64,000 nucleotides of DNA from Chiloscyllium plagiosum (GCF_004010195.1 NC_057758.1:3711428-3775427); one strand, 5' to 3'. Numbered from the stretch's first letter, positions 39,145 to 53,100 are shown. Notes: generated from the sequence alone by a model not told the origin. A program made the numbers and translations.

Positions 39145-40012
39145 AAGTGATAGAGTCATAGAGAAGTGTAACATGGAAACAGACCCTTCGGTCCAACTCG
39201 TCCATGCCGACCAGATATCCCAACCTAATCTAGTCCCACCTGCCAGCACCCGGCCCATATCCCTCCAAACCCTTCCCATTCATATACCCATCCAAATCCC
39301 TCTTGAATGTTGCAATTGTACCAGCCTCCACCACATCCTCCGGCAGCTCATTCCATACATGTACCAAGTTCTGCGTGAAAAAGTTGCCCCTTAGGTCTGT
39401 TATATATTTTTCCCCACTCACGCTAAACCTATGTCCTCTAGTTCTGGATTCCCCGACCCCAGGGAAAAGACTTTGTCTATTTATCCTATCATGCCCCTCA
39501 CAAGTTTGTAAACCTCTATTAGGTCACCCCTCAGCCTCCGACGGTCTCGGGAAAACAGCCCCAGCCTGTTCAGCCTCTCTCTGTATCTCAGATCCTCCAA
39601 CTCTGGCAACATCCTTGTAAATCTTTTCTGAACCCTTTCAAGTTTGACAAATTCTTTAAGATAGGAAGGAGACCTGAATTGCACGCAATATTCCAACAGT
39701 GGCCCAACCGATATACTGTACAGCCACAACGTGACCTCACAACTCCTGTACTCAATACTCTGACCAATAAAGGAAAGCATGCTAAACCACTCCTTCACTA
39801 TCCTATCTACCTGCCACTCCAATTTCAAGGAGCTAGGAACCTGCAGTCCATGGTCACTTTGCTCAGCAACACTCCCTGGGACCTTACCATTAAGTGTATA
39901 AGTCCTGCTAAGATTTGCTTTCCCAAAATGCAGCACCTCGTAAATATCTGAATTAATCTCCATCTGCCACTTATCTGCCTATTGGCCCATCTGGTCAAGA
40001 TACTGTTGTAAT
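39145..40012 (-). mobile_element. CR1-type LINE 3' fragment
   Basis: LEYCVQFRSPSYLKEFVKLERVQKRFTRMLP...RRRLRGDLIEVYK; tail gtgatagagtcatagag. Confidence 0.9.
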
Positions 40013-41880
40013 CTTTTGGTCAACAAAGTCTAGTCCAGACAGTGAAACTAATTTCTGTAAATGTTTTCTTCTGAAAATTGTGTCTTAATGGGATTAGCTG
40101 ATTTGCTCCAAGGAACACATTTGCAGACTTCAATTGCCTGCTGATAGTTGTAAAAGAATCAATGTTTCTACATATCTGTTCGAAAATATCTTCGTTACCT
40201 TTCATTTCAAATCATGTGAGAGATGCTGTTTGGTGCAATATTTAGCTGTCTAGAAGTGTATGTGTCCAAACGTTTGGCTAAACTTGCTGTTTCTCTATAT
40301 TGCTTTGAGAATTGTCTCCAGCTATTTTGTACACCCGTTATCATCTATCCGCTAAGGGCAGAGGAGAATTGATCACTTTTCACTCCCTCAAAACTTGCCT
40401 CAAATTTCAGGAAACATATCAATGTTCAACCCAGTTTTAACTCGATCGTTACAGGTAGAGGCTACACATCATCTAAAAATAACGATCTATGACTGCGCAG
40501 TGGAGTATGGGTACAATGTGGTTTTGCCGTTCAGAACTGGTGTTCTCGTGGCTCCTCATCAACCTTTCACTCTTATATTTTAGGCAACTGTTCTTTAGTA
40601 AACACAGACCTGACTTCTGCTTTTATTGCTGAATGTAGTTTATGGTAATGGGATGACTGGATTTCAGGAGTTTGCTGGTCATACTGCATCCAATTCATTT
40701 TCATAGTCACCCATTCTCTTTCTCCGATGTTCCTGGCAGATAAAGTCAAGATGACCAAGGATCACATTGTGAGTTTTTTAAAAGCTGCATGCGATTTTCA
40801 AATTATGAGATAAAGCGCCTCAAAGGAAGAAAACAACATTTTTTTCTCACAGAATGGAAGCTAAAGAAAAGGAAATGGTCTCAAAATACTACTTATGTAT
40901 ATCTCTGCCTATCCAGCAGGGCATATTTAGTTACACTGACGCTTTCTGTTTTTATAACTAAATAATTAATATCAATTCTATTTTATATGAAGTGTTTATG
41001 ATTTTGCATTTGAGTTGCAGTTAACTTACATCAAACTTACATTTTAATTTTGCTATGCAAAATGACTCATTTAGTGCATTCTGATATCATTTATTTCACA
41101 ATTTACACAGAGAAAACACAATAAGATACTCAACCATTCTGAAGAAGAGTCACTTTTCATTAAAACGTTAATGCAGTTTTATCTCCTCGTAAAGTGCCAG
41201 ACGTGTTGATTTTGTCCATTAGTTTTACATTTTCATAATGCCACGGAAGATGCCGCTGTACAAATCACAATTCGCAAGAGACTGCAGTTTGATTGATTGC
41301 GATACGCAATTTGTAAGGAACATCCAAGACCGAAGAAGTGAGCTGGAAGATCGATAGGCTATGTGTGGATTGTTTCCTAATGACGCCTTTAGTCGTGTGA
41401 AGAGTCCTGTCAAATTTGTTCATTGATACGCACTCTCCCATTTTGTGCCAACATCCTGAAATATTCTCATCAAGCGCCCGATAGAATTGTCAAGACATGT
41501 GGATATACATTACTGAAGTTTATGATTCAATGAAATGTGATTTATGGTTTCATATAGATGTTCTCGATTTCAATGGGTGCAATAGAATCCTCTGTTTTTC
41601 ATTCGATGCTCAAATTCGTTAACATTAGCGTATCTGAGGTCTCTGACTGCAGGGTGTGCTGTATGCACTGAACGAGATTGTCTTTATTCAACAAATAATT
41701 GGGAAAACAGAAAACATTGTCTACAGTAAAGGTGCTCTGCGAAGGCCAACAATTGTGAAAGGAGAAAGAATCATGTTTCATTTTACCATAAAAAATGGAG
41801 TTTTTAAAGGGAGAAAGACGTTAAAGTAAAACGTTATTGGTTAAACTATTTCTCGACTGAATTCAATTTGTAAACGTCTA

Positions 41881-43159
41881 TTAAAAGTATCTCCGAATTA
41901 ATACACACGGAGATTTTGCCATATTTTTCAACTCTGCTCTGAATTTGTGATGTGTCGCTACATAAATGCAAGGGTTTACAAAGCAGCTAAAATACTTCAG
42001 GATACCTCCCACTTCACTTGCGATAAATTCAGAGTTGGCGAACTTGCCTTTATAATAAACGGTGCTAGTTATTTTGGTAGGACCTAAACTCACAGCATTT
42101 GTCAACCAGAGCAAGAGAAAACTTACTGATATTGAGAATAATAAAATGATGGACTTTCTGCAGTTCTCCATTTCTGAGTCACTTTGCTTCGCAGTCTTGC
42201 AGCTCCGGAGTTCAGAGCGGATTCGATTCGCCAGTACAATACGTTGGACGGTTAATGAATTACACAAGGCAATCAGAGCGAAGGGAATCCAAATGACACA
42301 GGCAGTGTAAAACCAGACATAACCTACACCTGCAGAAGAGGAAGAAAATGCTTCCCGTGACCGGCAGCCCCATTGCACATTGTTAATAATTTTCTCAGGT
42401 TCATAAGCAAACAAAACTGGCACTTCCTTCAGTACAATAACAACCGTGATCGTTATGACCAGAGTGACTGCAGTTCTCTTTGTGCAATATTTTGCTTGAA
42501 GTTTCTGGCAGCAGATCACGACAAATCGGTCAAATGTGAAAGAAACAATGCACCAAACAGATAAATCGGGAGTGACAGCGAACATGTATGTAATGACTCT
42601 GCAAACAGGCGTGTGGGACAAAAATGACAAAGAAAAGTGGCAACTGAAGATGTGATAGAGTATTATATTATTAATCAGGACGAGTAGATCTGTTGTTGCC
42701 ATGGCCAACATGTAAACAGTGATACATTTGGAAAGGCCGCATTTTTGTCGTGAGAGAATCCAAATTGTGGCGAAGTTCGCTATGAAAAGAAAAACAAAAG
42801 AACAGTGAATATCATAACAAAGCCTAATTTCTGCAAATTCGTTACTATCAAAGATTAGCCCGGAAGAAATTGGAAAGTTGACTCAATACACAAATATGTA
42901 GAAAGAGAGATGACAGGGTTCAACACAGAGAAATTATATTGACTGTCTTAGGCTGTCTTATGGGACGGTGGTAGTTCCCGTTCCCCCGAGAGCGACAAAC
43001 ACTGGGTCACATCCCGCCTGCTTCAGACGTTTCTCAAAATATCTTTGAACGTGTTGATTCGGAAAAACTGGTTCAACATACCAACTCACCAGGAATAGCG
43101 ACTGCTGCAAATAGTGGATAATACATTTCTTTCACCAGCAGAATTGCAGGCTTACCCAT
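41881..43159 (-). CDS. gpr139-like: GPR139/GPR142-like orphan class A (rhodopsin-type) GPCR, two coding exons (43090-43159 and 41881-42779), 322 aa, apparently intact
   Basis: Exon 1 reads ATG(43159) MGKPAILLVKEMYYPLFAAVAIP and ends at donor G|GTGAGT (43089). The intron ends ttttcatag| (42780). Exon 2 continues in frame ANFATIWILSRQKCGLSKCITVY into the 276-aa ORF. It has seven hydrophobic segments, TM2 LAMATTDLL, TM3 FTFDRFVVIC, TM7 NPCIY and a very short N-terminus. 70+899 nt = 969 nt including the stop. One-to-one orthology is not established. Confidence 0.9.
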
Positions 43160-43236
43160 TTTGTGTGAGAATGATAGATTACTGTCGACCATGTAGTACT
43201 CTGAGTATCCACAGCCGTGGCAATGGAGGAAAGCTA

Positions 43237-43244
43237 TATTTATA
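43237..43244 (-). promoter_or_regulatory. TATA box candidate of the GPCR gene
   Basis: TATAAATA on the minus strand about 78 bp upstream of the ATG at 43159. Confidence 0.55.
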
Positions 43245-43303
43245 TGTGCATCATTTCTCTGGGGAACCAGTTAATTGCATTAGTCACAGTTATTTAAACA
43301 AAT

Positions 43304-44050
43304 ACAATCAGGGAAGTTTATTTGGCTGAAACAGTGGATTGTAATAAGCAATAATTTCAAATGGGAAGAAATGTCTTGTTTCTTCCTACTGAAGCAGCAA
43401 TGAGAATATTTCTCAATTGGACATTTCTCAACTGCACATTCTGCACATTTTATTTGGGAAGCTGCAAAGCATGGGCAAAATGATAAGTGAGATTGGGAGA
43501 CAGTGATTTTTAAAAAATGCAAATCAAATCATCAGAATACATTCAGTTACCCATTAAGACTGATTGTAAACGTTTAGGCCCTGAGCAACTATCAAGAGGC
43601 GGTGAGACACGCTATATATCAAACACTCAGTTGTTAGCTGATTGGAATGGACAAACACAAGAATTTTAATAAAGTGTTCCTGGTGCACAGAAGAAGGCGA
43701 TATATCCCAGAGAACAGGAATATCGCCAGCTTTTTGGAAATACTGAGACCGACTTGTCTGAGTGAATATACGGAGCAAGAACGACCACCGAAGTGAGAGA
43801 TTCTCTCGTTGAAGGAAATGGAAGAGATACTATAGCTAAAAGCGTTTGGATCTGACACAGATTAAAGAGATGTAATGCACTATGAGATGGATTTGGGACA
43901 TCAGACGTAAGCCACTGATATTGGTAGTGTATTCCAATTGAGCAATATTCTCATTGCTGCTTCAGTAGGAAGAAAAAAGACATTTCTTCCCATTTGAAAT
44001 TATTGCTTATTACAATCCACTGTTTCAGCCAAAAAAACTTCCCTGATTGT
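43304..44050. repeat. 118-bp inverted repeat (43304-43421 / 43933-44050), ~511-bp spacer
   Basis: The arms are reverse complements with only a few mismatches. Confidence 0.9.
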
Positions 44051-44405
44051 TGGGGAGACAGGCCGCCTACTTGCGGAATGTGTCTGAGAACACCTCAAAT
44101 CCCTCGAACTCAGCACCGCCTTCCTAACCTGCAATCATCTTCCTGACCTCTCCGCCCTCACCCCACTCCGGCCTATCACCCTCACCTTGACCTCCCTCCA
44201 CCTATCGCATTTCCAAAGCCCTCCAAGTCCCTCCTCCCTACCTTTTATCTTAGCCTGCTGGACACACTTTCCTCATTCCTGAAGAAGGGCTTATGCCCGA
44301 AACGTCGATTCTCCTGTTCCTTGGATGCTGCCTGACCTGCTGCGCTTTTCCAGCAACACATTTTCAGCTCTGACCTCCAGCATCTGCAGCCCTCACTTTC
44401 TCTCC
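44050..44405 (+). mobile_element. Penelope-like 3' terminal fragment
   Basis: ggggagacaggccgcctacttgcgg (GETGR) followed by cctgaagaagggcttatgcccgaaacgtcgattctcctg. Confidence 0.7.
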
Positions 44406-44407
44406 AT

Positions 44408-45043
44408 GTGTTGTGGACTAGGCCAGATGCCCTCAAAACATTTTGCGGCCTGCACCCTATTTTTTCTCTAGTTCTTCTAAGCAGATATAGGTTGGATATA
44501 CTAGGAGTAATGCAGCTGGACCATCCACTGAATTTTGAACGAAAAATAATGTATTTGCAAGATTATCAAATAATAGGCAAACAAAGCAGAACGGAATGAA
44601 AAATGCCTGATTGGATCTGGACACCCAACAGACTATCCCAATTTAAGGGAGCTGGTACAAATACCCGCAACGATCTCTTTGAACACCTCATTACAAAAGA
44701 AAGAACACACAACAAAGTTTTTTTTTCAGGAGAGATTGCAGATAGAGGGAGGATCAGCATGGACCTGCTTCTTTGGGTCCAGCAGCTTCATAACTGTCTG
44801 CTTGCAAGAACAAAAAGTCAAACGAGAGTGCAGCTGAGTTCGGAGAACTGGCCACTTCTCTTTCATTGGGCAAGTGTATTTTTTTTAACTTGATTGTCTT
44901 TTGTCAGAGGTAGTATCAATTAGCTATAAACACATTGGCCCTAATATCCTTTAAACCTAGACACCCAGGAACTTGTGTATTTCCCACCTCTCTGAGAAAA
45001 GACAAGGGAAACATAACCTTGTTAAAGTAGCAGCATCATCACA
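44408..45043. mobile_element. Solo-LTR-like element (same family as 48469-49054)
   Basis: TGT...ACA termini; shared start tgttgtgg...cag...cctcaaaacattt and shared ctgagttcggagaac. Confidence 0.55.
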
Positions 45044-45059
45044 CATGTCGTCGCTCATG

Positions 45060-47570
45060 AATTCTGATATACCGGTTCACCTGCATGACAATTCCTTTCG
45101 GCAAGAATCCTCTCCTTGTCCCTCAAACTAGTTCACCCACTTCCAACACTCGACCTGCACCTGGACCCACTATCTCTGACCTTTCATCAGGTGTTGACCT
45201 GTTCATTGCGATCTGTTAATATCACATTAGTCGCCTCAAGTTCTCTGATCCCCATTCCACATTCCAGCCTATCTCCCTCTGAACTGACTGTATTCCGTGC
45301 TCTCAGATCCAACCTTGACTGTGTTATTAAGATTGTCACTAAGAGTGGTGCTGCTGTTGACTGGTCTTCTGAACAAGCATTGCACCTGTTCAGCGTTAGC
45401 TTTTGGATACATTCTGCTAACTCAATCTGGACGGTGAATCCACCATGGAACATCAGGCCATAGTGTCCACAACGGTCACTAAAATTATTTTATACTGTGA
45501 TCTCCTGTCCATTGCCTACACGCTCATAGTCCATCAACCCCGCACAAGCCCGCTTCTGCCTCTTTCCTCAAATTCACAAACTCTCCAGAACATCTGTGGT
45601 TTCTGGCCATGCTTGCTTCCCAGAACACATCTGTTCCAAATTTGATTCAATATTTTTCTCCTTTTCTTCGGTTCAATCCGCGAGTCCTCTGTCGCTTTAC
45701 TCCAATGTTATAATTTCCAGCACCTGCGCTTCAGCCAGCTTCTCTTTAGTGGGACATGCAATGCCTTAACCGCTCAACCCATATTTCGGTGGACTGAGGG
45801 CGGACCACACCTTCTTGTACAAAGAACCCCATCCACCACGCCTCTCATCTTCCTGGTCCCCTTGCCCTCATCCTGAACAACTGCTCTTTTAACTCCAATT
45901 ACCTTCTTCAGATCGGGGAGGAGTGGTGGCCACTGGTTTCTGTGTGTTACCAAATGCAGCCTGTCTCTATGTGAGCTACATGAGCATTCCTTATTCCGGT
46001 CCAACTACGGTCGCCTCTCACAAACTTTTCTCTCGGACATCGATCAGTTCCGGTTCACTCTCTCATTCGGAATTGTAAAGGTTTATCTATTTCCCCTCCA
46101 ATTCCTACCATCTCTCACTTCCAGCTGAACCACCTCTGACCTGGTCCATTCCCTTCCTATTCTATTTACATTTATGACGATAGATTATTCACTAATATCA
46201 AATATAAGCCCACTGACTCGCACAATTACCTTAACTATATATCCTCACTGTCTGCTTTCGATAAAGATTCTATTCCATTCACCAAGTTCCTCCATCTCTG
46301 TCGTATGTTTTCTAATGATGCCACCTTCGACAAGGAAGCCTTAAGGGGTGTGAACCTTTATCCTCAACCAAGAATACCGCAACACTCCAGCTTCCAGAGC
46401 CCCCAGCTCGATCCGGCTCCTTTCTCTCACTTCAATCCCACCATATCTGTACCTGCCCTACAGGACCTATAGGGTTTGCCTTGACCTCACTCACCAGCAT
46501 CAACATCCAGAGGAGCGCTCACCGCCGTTTGCGGCACGCCAGCGGGTTGCGTTACATGTTCCCAACCCGTCCATTGTCAGCCTTCTACAAGGATACTCCT
46601 TTCGAGGGGCAACTGTGTCGTGGTGTTGTCACTTTTTTCCCGTCATTTTGTCCTTTTTTGAAAAGGAGGGTTCGTGAAAGCAGGAGTGCCGTGGGGACTA
46701 GCCAGAGCCAAGTTTAACACTGGCTGGGGAGAGGCCAGTTATCCCATTTCAGGTTAGTTCTAGTTTGGTTCAGCTGTGGCCGTCGCAAGATGCTGAAGCA
46801 CTGGATTGGTTGTAGACTTCAGCAGATCGTCCCTGAATGAATTTCCTTGAAATCTCTTTGGAAGTTACTCCCTCCTACCTGAAAGAATCAGTGTTTGAAT
46901 TTGCCTTTTTGCCTAGTGTATTTTTATGGGGTGATATTGGATTACTATATTTCCCCAGTTAAGTTACACTATCGGCTCTGAAAACTATTCTAACAGTTAA
47001 GTTATTCAAAATTCGAATTTTTCTAGTTCGTGCTTCAATTGTAGCCATTGAATACGTTTTGTTTTGCTGAACGCTGTATGTTTCGCCTAGCAGCATCATT
47101 CGTGGAATATTAATTGTCGCATCCACGTTTAAAATGAGAAAAGTTAGGTTAAATTCTTAAATATTTTTGAGGGTGTCAAGCCTAGTCCACAACTACTCCT
47201 TCTTCACTCCCAACCCGACTTCACAGTCTCATTGCACATTCATAAACAGAATATGTAACTCCTGTCTGCTTTCCTGCTCACTCCTGACCATCCAAGGTCC
47301 CAGACATGGTTTTGCCTGCACTCACTCTGTCCTATTGCATTCAATGCTCGCCATGTCCTGCCTCGGCACTGAGGAAACTGAAACACAGACGATGTGACTG
47401 CTGCATAGAAAAAATACGTTGAAAAAACATGACACTGTGTCAAGTCACTTCAACAATTCACCGTCTCAGGCTCAATGCAGAGAGGGTTAGCTCAAGCTGG
47501 ATACTCTGCACCTCATTTTCCCATTCGGAATCCTGCAGCTGAATATCCAGTTCAACAGCTTTAGCGGAAG
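45060..47570 (+). mobile_element. Degraded Penelope-like RT/EN remnant interrupted by an LTR-like insert (~46624-47192)
   Basis: LRSNLDCVIKIVTKSGAAV (resembles VIKPADKGGAVV); tataagcccactgactcgcacaattacc (YKPTDSHNY). Confidence 0.6.
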
Positions 47571-48468
47571 AGCACCTTCTCGCATGCGTTTCGCCAAACC
47601 AAAACACCTGGTGAAGTCATCACTTTGATTGATGCACACTAGGAGAAGTTGAGGATAGGAATGCTACAGATCAGAGTCGAGAGAGGGGTGGTGGAAAAAC
47701 GCAGTCGGTCAGACAGAATTGGAAGAGCAGGAGAATTGAAGTTTCGAGCATAACACCTTCATCAGTAATACACTCTCCATTGTCAGCCACAATGTGACAA
47801 CGATGTTGCTTGAAGAGAAAATGTTGGACTGGTTTCTTTCCAGAGTGAAGTTGAACGGGAAATTTAGACCTGACCAATGAAGACCATTCGAGGAACCAGC
47901 TTGTGAAGATTTAAGTGTTTCTTTGAAGTTGGAACAATGTAACAGCGGGGTGCGTCGCAGCCCATGATTTCTAGTTTCTTTCTGGTTTTTATGTATACAT
48001 TTCGGCGGAAAAAATGCGGCCTCAAAACAGACGGGAAATTCAGTGAATGTCTGTCAGCTGCCTCTCTCCATAAATTTTCACATGAACTTCTTCTGTTACA
48101 TTCTGTGCCTGAATTTTCGTTTCTTTTCCATGGGGGAGTGTTTACAGAATGTTTCTCCCTTGGAACAGTTAATTATTCGTAATTTCTGCATCTATAATTC
48201 TGTTAAGTTTTTCAATCGAGTTCAGTTGTGCAAAGTCCTCTCTCCTTGGTCGCCTTTTAACAACAGTGTTTAAGTAAATTGCGTTTTATTTAACATCAAG
48301 TAGTTTGAGCAGTCGCATTGCAGCTGGAACAGCCGCTTTAAGATGAGAATACGTCTGTGCTAACTTCCTAAAAGAAAAAATGATGTCTGGCCCATGACAT
48401 CATTCGTAGTTATTCATTCTCCAAGCAAACCTGTAAAAGCCCGTTTTTTCTCTCTCTCTCTTTATCTA

Positions 48469-49054
48469 TTGTTGTGGTCCAGACCAGACCACCTCAAAAC
48501 ATTTCAACAATGTTGCCCAGACATTAACATTTCCAGTTGGTTGTAGCAGGCTGTCCCAAGTGTGATGCAGCTGGCCCAGCCAGTCGGGTTTAAACAAAAC
48601 AGAATATATTTACAGAATACCAAACGAATCACGAACAAATCAGAAAAGAATATAAAATAACATCCTGTCTGAAAACCTAATCGACTCCATCACAACTTCA
48701 TGATGCTGTTCCAAGGACTTGCACCATCCTCATAGACATTTCCTTGACAGAAAAAAAGGCAAACTCAAGAAGGATTATTACAGGAGACATGTCAGAGGCG
48801 GAGACAGAGGATCAGCATGCAGCTATTTCCTTGTGTTCCAGCTGAAAATTGGCCAAAAAATTCAAACAAACTGCTTTCTACGAACCTGAGTTCGGAGAAC
48901 CGATCACTCCCCTTTCATAGTGCAATATAGGAAGTACTCAAAGGCTTTTTTTCCTGTCGATATTTCCTGATACATCGGAACCTCTGCCTTTATGACACTT
49001 CTGAAAAAAAATCCCAAGGACAACACAATGTTGTCAAAGCGGCAGCTTCGACAC
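48469..49054. mobile_element. Solo-LTR-like element
   Basis: Paralogous to 44408-45043; TGT...ACA ends. Confidence 0.5.
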
Positions 49055-49269
49055 ACTGTCTCCATGAATCATTTACTCTCACACTATCTTACATTACACG
49101 CCTCGAAAACATCATGTGCATAAACAAAAATCATTTTCCTGGATGCCATCAGTGGTAATGAAGGGACTTTGGACCAATAAGATTAATTCTGATTGCTCTC
49201 CAACACTTTTGAAGAGTACTTCCTTCATTTGTTCTGAGCACTCACCTTTCAAGTCATTGTGGGGCACTC

Positions 49270-50020
49270 TTGTCAAGATACAAGATTGTAACGTGTGAAG
49301 TGGAACGGAAGAACCATAGAGTTCAGGTGCAAGGATCTCTGAATGTGTGGTCACGTGTAGGAACGGCAGTAAAGAAGTCATTTGGCAAACTGGCCTTCTT
49401 CAGTAACGGTCTTTATAATACAAATTGAGAATTTATGCTTTAGTTGCACACGATGTTGGTGATGGCCCCACTGGGTGTATTGTGTTCAGTCTTGGAGACC
49501 TTGCTGTCGGAAGGATGTTACTAAACTGGAAACAGTACAGTAAAGACTTATAGTAATGTTGCCAGCACACAAGTGTCTGAGTTATAGGGAAAGCTTGGAT
49601 AACCCCAAGCATATCAATTTCGAGCTCAGGAGATTGAGGTGAGATCTTATAGAAGTGTAAAAGATCATGTAAGGCATGGATAGGGTAAATGTACTTCGTT
49701 GCTTTCCGAGCATCGAGTAATCGAGGACTAGCGGTTAGTTTAAGCTTAGACGAAAAATAATAAAATAAAAACGGAAATGCAACCTTTTTGCTTTGAAGAA
49801 GGTCTGCATCTCGAATGAGCTGCCAACGAACGTGAAGGAAGCAGGTACAGTAACAACATTTAAAAGGCATTTGGACAAATACATGGATTAAAAAAAAGGT
49901 TTAGAGAGATACGGTGAGTGCGGGGAAATGGTGTTGGAATTGATGGACATCTTGTTCAGCATGGACGAGTTTGGGCCAAAAGACCTATCTCTATGTAGCA
50001 GAACTCAATGACTCGATGAA
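49270..50020 (+). mobile_element. Degraded CR1-type LINE 3' fragment
   Basis: gattgaggtgagatcttatagaagtgtaaaagatcatg; gcatggacgagtttgggcc 3' UTR-like sequence. Confidence 0.7.
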
Positions 50021-50149
50021 TGGCAGTACCATGAAATAATACTAACTCTTCAACACGATTTATTCAGAGGTAAGTCTACTACTAACGCTATATTCAGTGT
50101 ATTAGTTTCAGTCCTGGTAAATAAGAAACAGCGGACCATGAACAAACTG

Positions 50150-53100
50150 CTTGATATTTCGAGTCCCAGTCGTCCTTCAGCAATACCAGAACTGAATTCC
50201 CAACTCTACCCTGTCTGCAGCTAAACATTATCGAGACCGTTAGTGAACTGAACCAGATTAGCTCACCGTTGAATAACCTGAAAGATACAAAACTCCACCA
50301 CCCACTAGCAAAGCAATTCCCAAACTTGAACAATTCTTTGCGAGAAATGAATTCTCCTGAACGTATTCTTAATAAAATGACGACGTGGAGGCAGCCAGCA
50401 GAACTAAATTGGCTGCCTCCATCAGTTTGAAGGACAGTCAAACTGAAAACTTCAATGAACCCCAAAACTGGCTTTACATGAGACACTAAGACATGTCCTT
50501 ACCTATAGTTAATGTGAACGTGAGGGTGGTCGACAATCTTCACCTCTTCATTTAAAAGGGTTACTCTCACATCCAGTAAAGTATGTTTCATTCATTCCTC
50601 TTACAACAGTGTCTGCCTATCTCACCGTGTCTCTAAGGGACTCTACAGAGAAAGATGAAAGCATTGCTTTTGCTGCTGATCGACCCTGTTCTTGTCGAGT
50701 CCATCACCACTGATAGGGAATGGAGACCAAGATTTTTGTTTCCTGGTTCGTGCATCTCTGTGAAAACAATCCGCAAGTGCAGGATATACTGTTTTTCAAC
50801 TGAGTTTTGATCGATTTTATGAGCCTTAATTCAATTAGATTTGTGCTGAATTTAGTGAACACCGTTCAAAATTAAAAATTGTCACCTGAATTTTGAAATC
50901 AATCAAGGAACTGCTCAATGTAATTTTCTAAGGTGTCCATTGTTAAATGCTATCCGCCAAGGAGCTGCCCTCAGTTATCTTATTCAAACGTTGAACAGGG
51001 AAAGGTTTTCAAATTTCACTTTGATTCGCCTCTTCAGATCTGTGCCATTTCCTCCAGTCCCAACGCCACCCCAGCAAAAAAAAACACTTCCATGTACCCA
51101 TACCACTGTATTTCAGATGAATTCAAAAGGATTAGCACTGTGCCCATTGGTGGGAGTTTCCTCAGCTGCCTGGGTGAAAAGCTGGGGAATACCAGCTGTG
51201 AAAAGAATCAACTCACTCGTTCCTTTCCGCAGACCTTAATATAAAACTCTGTGGAATTGTGTTTTAACCACGCGTCCACCTTCTTCTGTTTCTCCACATT
51301 AAGTTGCCACTGGGGTTCCCATGTTGCATGATTGAATATAGACGTCCAAAATCTGATTTCATTTGTGTCAATCTGACGTTTACAATTTCTTGTTGCGAAC
51401 AAAGCATAGATGAAACCCCGTTGGAGGAGGGTGTTTGCGCATGAGGAGATTGAAATTGATCTCCTGTGGTAAGAAGGGAACCACACTCCATTCCAAACGC
51501 TGGGCTTATCGGGGACAGGACACGGTGGATGGCGCTCTTATCCTCCCTCCCGTCTCGAGGGGAGATATTTTAAAGAGGCCGCATGAGAGAAAGACAACTA
51601 GTGGTTATCCTTAAGTATGCAGCTGTGGCCCAAAGACACACACAGTTTCAAAAGTTTCCCTTGTGTATTTCGTGAGCCATAATGATGTGGGCACGCAAGA
51701 ACAGCCATTACCCACTTATTCAGCAGCAAGGAGACTCTGAGAGCAGGTACTCCATCGTGTGCTGTTCATTCAGATTTGCAAGGTCGGATCCATTCACATC
51801 CATTTGATCAATGTGACTGCACCCAACTTTTAAGCGTTTTGGCGAATCTCCCTCAATGTATGCCTTTAAAAATTGAATACAAGCCCTCTTTTTGATTTGT
51901 GTTGTTTATGAAGGAAGGATGTACAAAACGAATGTGCCATCAGATGCCGCTGGCAGAGGCTGGCTGTCAGACCTCGACAAATTTTCTCAGATCAGACCAA
52001 ACGAGGCAGCCTTCAGGATGGACGCTCAAACTGCATCAAGCTGAGTACATCCGGTGCTTTCGCCAATTTTTTGTATTTCGTTTTGACTTTGGATAGCATT
52101 TACACACCGAAAGGCATCAGTGGAAGTGATTGCTCCACCATGACCATATTGTTGATTGTGGGATTTTGCCGTGAATCCACCTGTTACTACCGTTCCCACA
52201 GTAATACGTTGTTATCCCAAGTCACAGGAGGAAAGTTTCCTTTTCATTAATCGTTTCCCTGGTTGCAGTTTACTGCTTTCTCCTGATCATCCCCATTCGC
52301 CCCGTCATCATCTATTTTTCTATCCCTTTTTCTCCCTGCCTCTGCATCTCTATCTCTATCTGTGATCACATCACTTTCTCAAATTCTCTCTCACCATCTT
52401 CTTCTCCCACCTTCCCCACTTTTCTTCTCTTAATTCTGATTATATCTTTCGTTCTGTATTCTTCTGTCTTCCGCAGTTTCACGAGTTGGTTCATCAGTTC
52501 ATTCATCCCTTTCTCTCACACTGTCACTAAATTCTTCTCTATCTATCTGATGTATCCAGCTGCCTCAGATGTTTAAATGCTTATTTGGTTTTATTTACAC
52601 GTTGGTCCAGCATTTATGATCATTTCATAATTTCCCTTTGAGAAGGCAGTAATGAGCTGTCTTCTTGAAGCGATGAATCAATGTGCAGTCAGTAGACTGA
52701 AAGAACCGGTACAGAGGGAATTCCGAGATTTTGAACGAGTAACACTGAAGGGATGGTAAAAATATTTCCAGGACAGGGCGGTAAGTACTTGGAATGGAAC
52801 TTGCAGAGATAGTGTTCCCATGTATCTGCTGTCTTTGCCCTTGTACATAGTCGTGGCATGATGCTTTTGATGAATCTTCATAGAATTTCTGCACGGCATC
52901 TTTTAGGAGAGAATACATAAAGCGGTGGATACTTGTGGATGCGGACCGAAGCATTCCGTCTCTTTTATCTAAACGGCTGGTGCCAAAGGTGAATAGGTTT
53001 GTTTGTTCAATATCAATTTCCCTTTTAGTTTATCTTGGACAAAGAGAACTGGTTTCAAGGAGATTTGTAGTTGTAGCATCAATCAGGCAGGCTACTTTAT

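Noticed and set aside
41881..43159. GPCR nested in an intron of one long plus-strand ZP gene
   Set aside because: ZP-C-like sequence already occurs at 38010-38600 and ZP-like blocks restart near 50150, which favours two separate copies.
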